A stretch of 64,000 bases of DNA, from sequence record OU343167.1; one strand, given 5' to 3'. The position numbers and the translations under genes were made by a program. Positions 60,105-64,000 of the stretch are shown piece by piece. The stretch's first letter is position 1. Each line of letters starts with the position of its first letter. Under the pieces are notes generated by a model. That model searched no databases. It was not told where the DNA came from and saw nothing but the letters and a program-made list of their open reading frames with translations.

Positions 60105-61639
60105 ATGCTACCGATACTCAAGGCTGAGCGCTATACGCATGGTGTCCGACTATCTGGGTATACTCGGGAAACGTTCGCTAAGATGCAGGGGTTTCTTGAA
60201 GGGCTTTCTTTGAAAGAACCTAAGAAGATCCCTGGTAATCGAATCATCATGGAACTCAAGAAAAAGTACTATGGTTGTTTCGAAGATCTATCAGAGACTT
60301 ATATCCACCGAAATTCACTAGAAGACCTGATCGGTTATCTGGAGAACAAAGGTATCCCAAGAGAACGAGTCGAGATTGAGGATATCCCTGTCCCTAAAGC
60401 AGCAACTGCTGTTTACGAAATGTACGAGAAATACGTACTCCGGGATTATCAGGAAATCATCCGTGAAGATATTTTGCGTGATTGGTTACATTCTGCACGG
60501 GTAGACTTGCAAACGGGAAAGGGAAAACCCTCACGAGCCTAGCGTCCTTGGCTTCGATGGGGGTAAGATGTGTTGTGATGGTTCCTCCCAAGTATTTTGG
60601 TATTTGGATTGAAGCTCTTCAGAACACTTACAAGGACATTGCCCAGAGATACATTACCATCTCGGGTTCCGCAGAACTCCAAAAACTAATAGATCGCGGC
60701 GTCGAAAACGATCTTGAAGGGATTGACGTTATTGTAATCTCTTCTACTACCTACCGGGCATATCTAGATAACTTTGAGAAGTATGGTAACCGACTCCATG
60801 AGCTCGGATACAATGTACCTCCACCCCGGTTCCACGAAGCAATACAAGCAGGACTGCAAATTAACGACGAGATTCAAGAAGATCCAGGACTAACCTTCCG
60901 TATCGATATTTACTCTAACATTAATAAGCAGATCTATTTGTCGGCTACTCCCTACACAGGGAACGCCTACGTGACGAAGATGATTGACAAGATGTTGCCA
61001 GCAGAGACCATGTGTCGCCTGCCCAACTACGATGTCTACATCAACTGCATGGGGCTACTCTACACTGAACCAAAGATCAAACCGAAGGATTATCTTACAC
61101 CGTTTAAGAATACGTATAACCATGCGCGTTACGAAACGGTAATGATGAAAGATCCTAAACGGATGGATGACTATTTCAGGATGGTCGGTCGTATTGCTGA
61201 GGGCGTGTATGTGAAAGATCGGTTACCTGGTCAGAAACTACTCCTCCTTTGTGCAACGGTCGCCTTTATTGAAAAACTGGTTAAATATCTGAAGACTAAG
61301 TTCCCTGACCTTGTGGTTAACGGACATGTCTCAGGTTGCAGTTATGAACAGTTACTTAAGAACGACATTACGGTGTCCACTATTAAGTCATCTGGTACAG
61401 GTGTAGACATCCCTAATCTTCGTGAGGTAGTATTGTTACAAGCTACCGATTCCAAGAAAGATAACATTCAAATTCTGGGTCGTCTCCGTAAACTGAAAGA
61501 CTTCCAAGATGTGGTACCTAGGTTGACCTACCTAGTGTGTGAAAACATACCGCACCACGTGAGATATGCTCGGAATAAAAGTGAGCATTTCGCCGGTAAA
61601 ACTCTTTCAATGGTACTCAGACGGATAGCCATGCACTAA
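60105..61639 (+). CDS. SF2 helicase (phiKZ gp75-like), split by a -1 frameshift at Walker A
   Basis: ORF 60105..60542 ends LQTGKGK-PSRA*, and the -1 frame continues GKGKTLTSL...INDEIQE...LSATP...SSGTGVDIP...QILGRLR. The joined product is ~511 aa. Confidence 0.85.
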
Positions 61640-61644
61640 TAACA

Positions 61645-61671
61645 GCCCACCTTCGGGTGGGCTTTATACCG
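61645..61671 (+). terminator. Intrinsic terminator
   Basis: GCCCACC-ttcg-GGTGGGC-TTTATACCG. Confidence 0.8.
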
Positions 61672-61959
61672 TTAAGAGGAATAGAAATGTCACCTGTGAT
61701 CCTACTTATTGTTTCACCGATATTAACCGTCGTGATGTATGTATTGGAACTGAAGCTCCGTGAGGAGTACAGAACGGCGCACTATAAACACTTGTTACGT
61801 TTAGCCGGACAGAACATCAAACCGAAGTTAATAAAGCAGTCTATAGAGTATTCTGAGATTGCATTGACCCGATTGATCCATACGTTCGTAAAGAAATGTT
61901 ATTTGGTATTAGCTTACTTTACGCTGACCATGTTCGTAATCGCTGCATCCCACATCTAA
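61657..61959 (+). CDS. Small membrane protein (true start probably MSPVILL)
   Basis: Two hydrophobic segments; GAGGA SD precedes the internal ATG. Confidence 0.65.
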   Translation: MGFIPLRGIEMSPVILLIVSPILTVVMYVLELKLREEYRTAHYKHLLRLAGQNIKPKLIKQSIEYSEIALTRLIHTFVKKCYLVLAYFTLTMFVIAASHI

Positions 61960-61969
61960 GGAATTACAA

Positions 61970-62272
61970 ATGAATACATCTCCCGCTGCTCTCCCTTTCC
62001 CCAACCTAATGTTCCTCCTTCTGGTAATTGTTATAGCAATTCCCGTTGTGGCATACATCTATCTACCTTATGCTGCACTGGCTATTTCAACAGGTGTACT
62101 AGCTGCATGTACCTGTGTTTTAGGTATCGGTAATGCACTAGTTGATCCAAATGCCTGCGATACACCTAAACACTGGAGAGAGTATCGTTATTATCTAATC
62201 GCTGGATTTGGGTTCTTCACTGTTGCTATGTTCGCAGCAGCTAATCTCAAATATGCATTTAAGTTCATTTAA
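61970..62272 (+). CDS. Small membrane protein (100 aa, 3 TM)
   Basis: AAGGA SD; three hydrophobic segments. Confidence 0.75.
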   Translation: MNTSPAALPFPNLMFLLLVIVIAIPVVAYIYLPYAALAISTGVLAACTCVLGIGNALVDPNACDTPKHWREYRYYLIAGFGFFTVAMFAAANLKYAFKFI

Positions 62273-62275
62273 AGC

Positions 62276-62293
62276 CTATATTACAACTGTGAA
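62276..62293 (+). promoter_or_regulatory. Early promoter CTATATTAC-N5-TGAA
   Basis: Exact motif inside the membrane-protein cluster. Confidence 0.75.
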
Positions 62294-62319
62294 TATACAC
62301 CCACATAAAGGACAATGTA

Positions 62320-62529
62320 ATGGCTATTATCACCAATGTATTTGCTTTCGCTATCATCACTCTGTTCATCGTCTTTTTCCTGAAACAGGGACTTGCGGTC
62401 ATGGGTGTCAAAACGAACCACCTGCCGATTAAACTGGCTAAAGCTTTCAATGCATCTGGTCCTTTGGCAGCAATCCTTCTTGCCGTATACTTGATCATGG
62501 CAACCTTTTATAACATCTTTCTGAGTTGA
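62320..62529 (+). CDS. Small membrane protein (69 aa, 2 TM)
   Basis: AAGGA SD; hydrophobic. Confidence 0.7.
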   Translation: MAIITNVFAFAIITLFIVFFLKQGLAVMGVKTNHLPIKLAKAFNASGPLAAILLAVYLIMATFYNIFLS

Positions 62530-62533
62530 TACC

Positions 62534-62722
62534 ATGGGATGGATTGTACTGATACTCACCTTCTTCGCTTCTCTTACGGTTGGAGGTGTAATGACTTTCT
62601 ATGGCTTGGTAGCTAGCAGTAAAACCTTTTCAGATAGAATCTCTATGGTTCTATTTGGCGTAGTTATTATTGCTATCACCGGCTATAGTGGATATCATTT
62701 ATTCGACATGCTTCCAAAATAG
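62534..62722 (+). CDS. Small membrane protein (62 aa, 2 TM)
   Basis: Hydrophobic; packed in operon. Confidence 0.7.
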   Translation: MGWIVLILTFFASLTVGGVMTFYGLVASSKTFSDRISMVLFGVVIIAITGYSGYHLFDMLPK

Positions 62723-62730
62723 GAGTTAAC

Positions 62731-62991
62731 ATGGATTTGATGTTTACTAACCCAATAGCGTTTATTTACGGGACACTTAGCTTTCCTGGACTACTGTTCA
62801 TGACTGGCTATGCTGTATCGTGGTTGTTCGTAATGGGTGTATGCAAGTGGCTTCCTAATTGGAAGTACCTCTGCATGTTCCTCTGCGTCAGTTGGGCAAT
62901 TAGCTTTGCGATTTATCTAGTAATGATCATTACGGCCCTGGTTAGCGTGTATACCCCTCTCCAGTTACCGCCGTGGACGCTCATGAACTAA
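62731..62991 (+). CDS. Small membrane protein (86 aa, 2-3 TM)
   Basis: AGGAG SD; hydrophobic. Confidence 0.7.
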   Translation: MDLMFTNPIAFIYGTLSFPGLLFMTGYAVSWLFVMGVCKWLPNWKYLCMFLCVSWAISFAIYLVMIITALVSVYTPLQLPPWTLMN

Positions 62992-63004
62992 CAAGGAGTT
63001 AATC

Positions 63005-63244
63005 ATGGAAACCATCATGCTGATCTGGTGGATCTCTATTTCGATTATCGCTGGGTCCCTGTTCGTAGCAAAACTGGTAAAAGATAACGATGATGTTCGT
63101 CGAACTCGTTTACCAAAGAAAGATATCATCATGCTCGACCGCATTAATATGATTTGCACTGCTCTCATATGGGGAGCTGCTATCGTAGCGCTGATCACTC
63201 TCTTCTTGGGTGGTCTTTTCATGATGATTGAAGCACAAGTGTAA
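63005..63244 (+). CDS. Small membrane protein (79 aa, 2 TM)
   Basis: AAGGAG SD; hydrophobic ends with a basic loop. Confidence 0.7.
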   Translation: METIMLIWWISISIIAGSLFVAKLVKDNDDVRRTRLPKKDIIMLDRINMICTALIWGAAIVALITLFLGGLFMMIEAQV

Positions 63245-63246
63245 GA

Positions 63247-63294
63247 CGGCATAAAGCTCCTACCTTCGGGTAGGAGCTATGCTTTATTTTTTTT
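63247..63294. terminator. Bidirectional terminator
   Basis: CGGCATAAAGCTCCTACC-ttcg-GGTAGGAGCTATGC-T run. Confidence 0.85.
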
Positions 63295-63717
63295 TTATTT
63301 TAATCCAAGATCTTTCTCGATTTGTCTAGCTTGCGATGTACTTTGAATAGCCTTCGACTCTGCAAGTTCAATCATGAACAAACAATCATTAAAGGGTAGT
63401 TCAAAGAACTCTAGTAAAGATAAACCATAAATGTCATTGATCTTGTAATTGACAAACTTCCGTATCCAAGTTCTTTCAGGTCCACCTTCTACGACGTTTT
63501 CCTTAGGATGCATTCTAACCAGATCTAAAGGATCAGCCTCTGGTGAATCATGATCGAAAATACCGTAGTCTTTATGGTAGGCCTTCCTGGTCAACATTTC
63601 GGCAATAGCTGGCCTTACGGCATCTAGCGTTCGCACGAGTTCATCGAATGCACTCTTACCATTAACAGTCTTGCGACCGAAAGAGTTCATTGTAACGTGC
63701 CCGTTGTCGTCCTCCAA
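63295..63717 (-). CDS. Conserved hypothetical protein (start uncertain)
   Basis: ORF with a YGLSLLEFFELP motif. No good SD at the TTG start; the frame stays open upstream to 63864. Confidence 0.6.
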   Translation of the reverse strand: MEDDNGHVTMNSFGRKTVNGKSAFDELVRTLDAVRPAIAEMLTRKAYHKDYGIFDHDSPEADPLDLVRMHPKENVVEGGPERTWIRKFVNYKINDIYGLSLLEFFELPFNDCLFMIELAESKAIQSTSQARQIEKDLGLK

Positions 63718-63755
63718 ATTAATTGTTAGACGACTATGCCGGGGGTCCTCGTTGA

Positions 63756-64000
63756 TTACTCCAGGTGCTTGGCTTTCTGGCCCGCCAACGTGAAAAATAT
63801 TGCCATCATGTCTAGCGGTACAAGGTGCGGGAAACGTTCGTTGAATGCTTGGCCCTGAGGACCTTTACATTCTTTGCAGTTATGCGATGGAAGAGCTACC
63901 ACAGCCAGTACACAAGAGTTAGTATACTCATGTACGGTATCAAAGAACTGTTCCGCGTACTGCGGATCACTCAGAGTGTTCGCCAGATAATCACTAATGA
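63756..64000 (-). CDS. C-terminal part of a conserved protein running off the window
   Basis: Hand translation: ...ISDYLANTLSDPQYAEQFFDTVHEYTNSCVLAVVALPSHNCKECKGPQGQAFNERFPHLVPLDMMAIFFTLAGQKAKHLE*, with a CxxC and TAA at 63758-63756. Confidence 0.7.
   Translation of the reverse strand, partial: ISDYLANTLSDPQYAEQFFDTVHEYTNSCVLAVVALPSHNCKECKGPQGQAFNERFPHLVPLDMMAIFFTLAGQKAKHLE

Noticed and set aside
60540-60566. Stop-codon readthrough or alternative genetic code to explain the split helicase
   Set aside because: The zero frame hits TAA eight codons later and the helicase continues in the -1 frame; other genes end normally at TAG/TGA/TAA.
2191-63294. Repeated hairpins as a CRISPR array or IS ends
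   Set aside because: Irregularly dispersed at gene ends, with no regular spacers, no cas or transposase genes and no target-site duplications.
1-64000. tRNA or rRNA genes
   Set aside because: No cloverleaf with a GTTCRA T-loop and no rRNA-like segment seen in intergenic regions by eye; tRNAscan-SE would confirm.

Overview
A 64 kb stretch of a nucleus-forming phiKZ-like jumbo phage (Chimalliviridae). It is probably the left end of a Pseudomonas phage genome, because the 193-aa ORF at 547-1128 matches, from memory, ChmB/gp2 of phage PA1C. In order, it contains: chmB, DHFR and DUF1353; a late block (terminase large subunit, virion proteins, tail sheath and tube); a ~13 kb accessory region of small early genes around the tubulin PhuZ; a B-family DNA polymerase subunit; and the conserved phage-nucleus/transcription block (chimallin ChmA, nvRNAP beta'-N, SbcD-like nuclease, ChmC, sigma-like nvRNAP subunit, PicA/Imp1, nvRNAP beta-C and beta'-C, SF2 helicase). 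A cluster of small membrane proteins closes the window. The main signals not explained by the ORF track are four. (1) A ~320-nt, densely base-paired and possibly pseudoknotted non-coding element between the chimallin stop codon and its terminator. (2) A 362-nt group I intron without an endonuclease, inserted right after the catalytic NADFDGD codons of nvRNAP beta'. (3) A helicase split at its Walker A motif by tandem -1 slippery heptamers, which is either a programmed frameshift or a homopolymer error. (4) Dispersed families of conserved terminator hairpins and CTATATTAC promoters. I saw no tRNA, rRNA or CRISPR array. phiKZ gene numbers are positional equivalents recalled from the literature, not search results.
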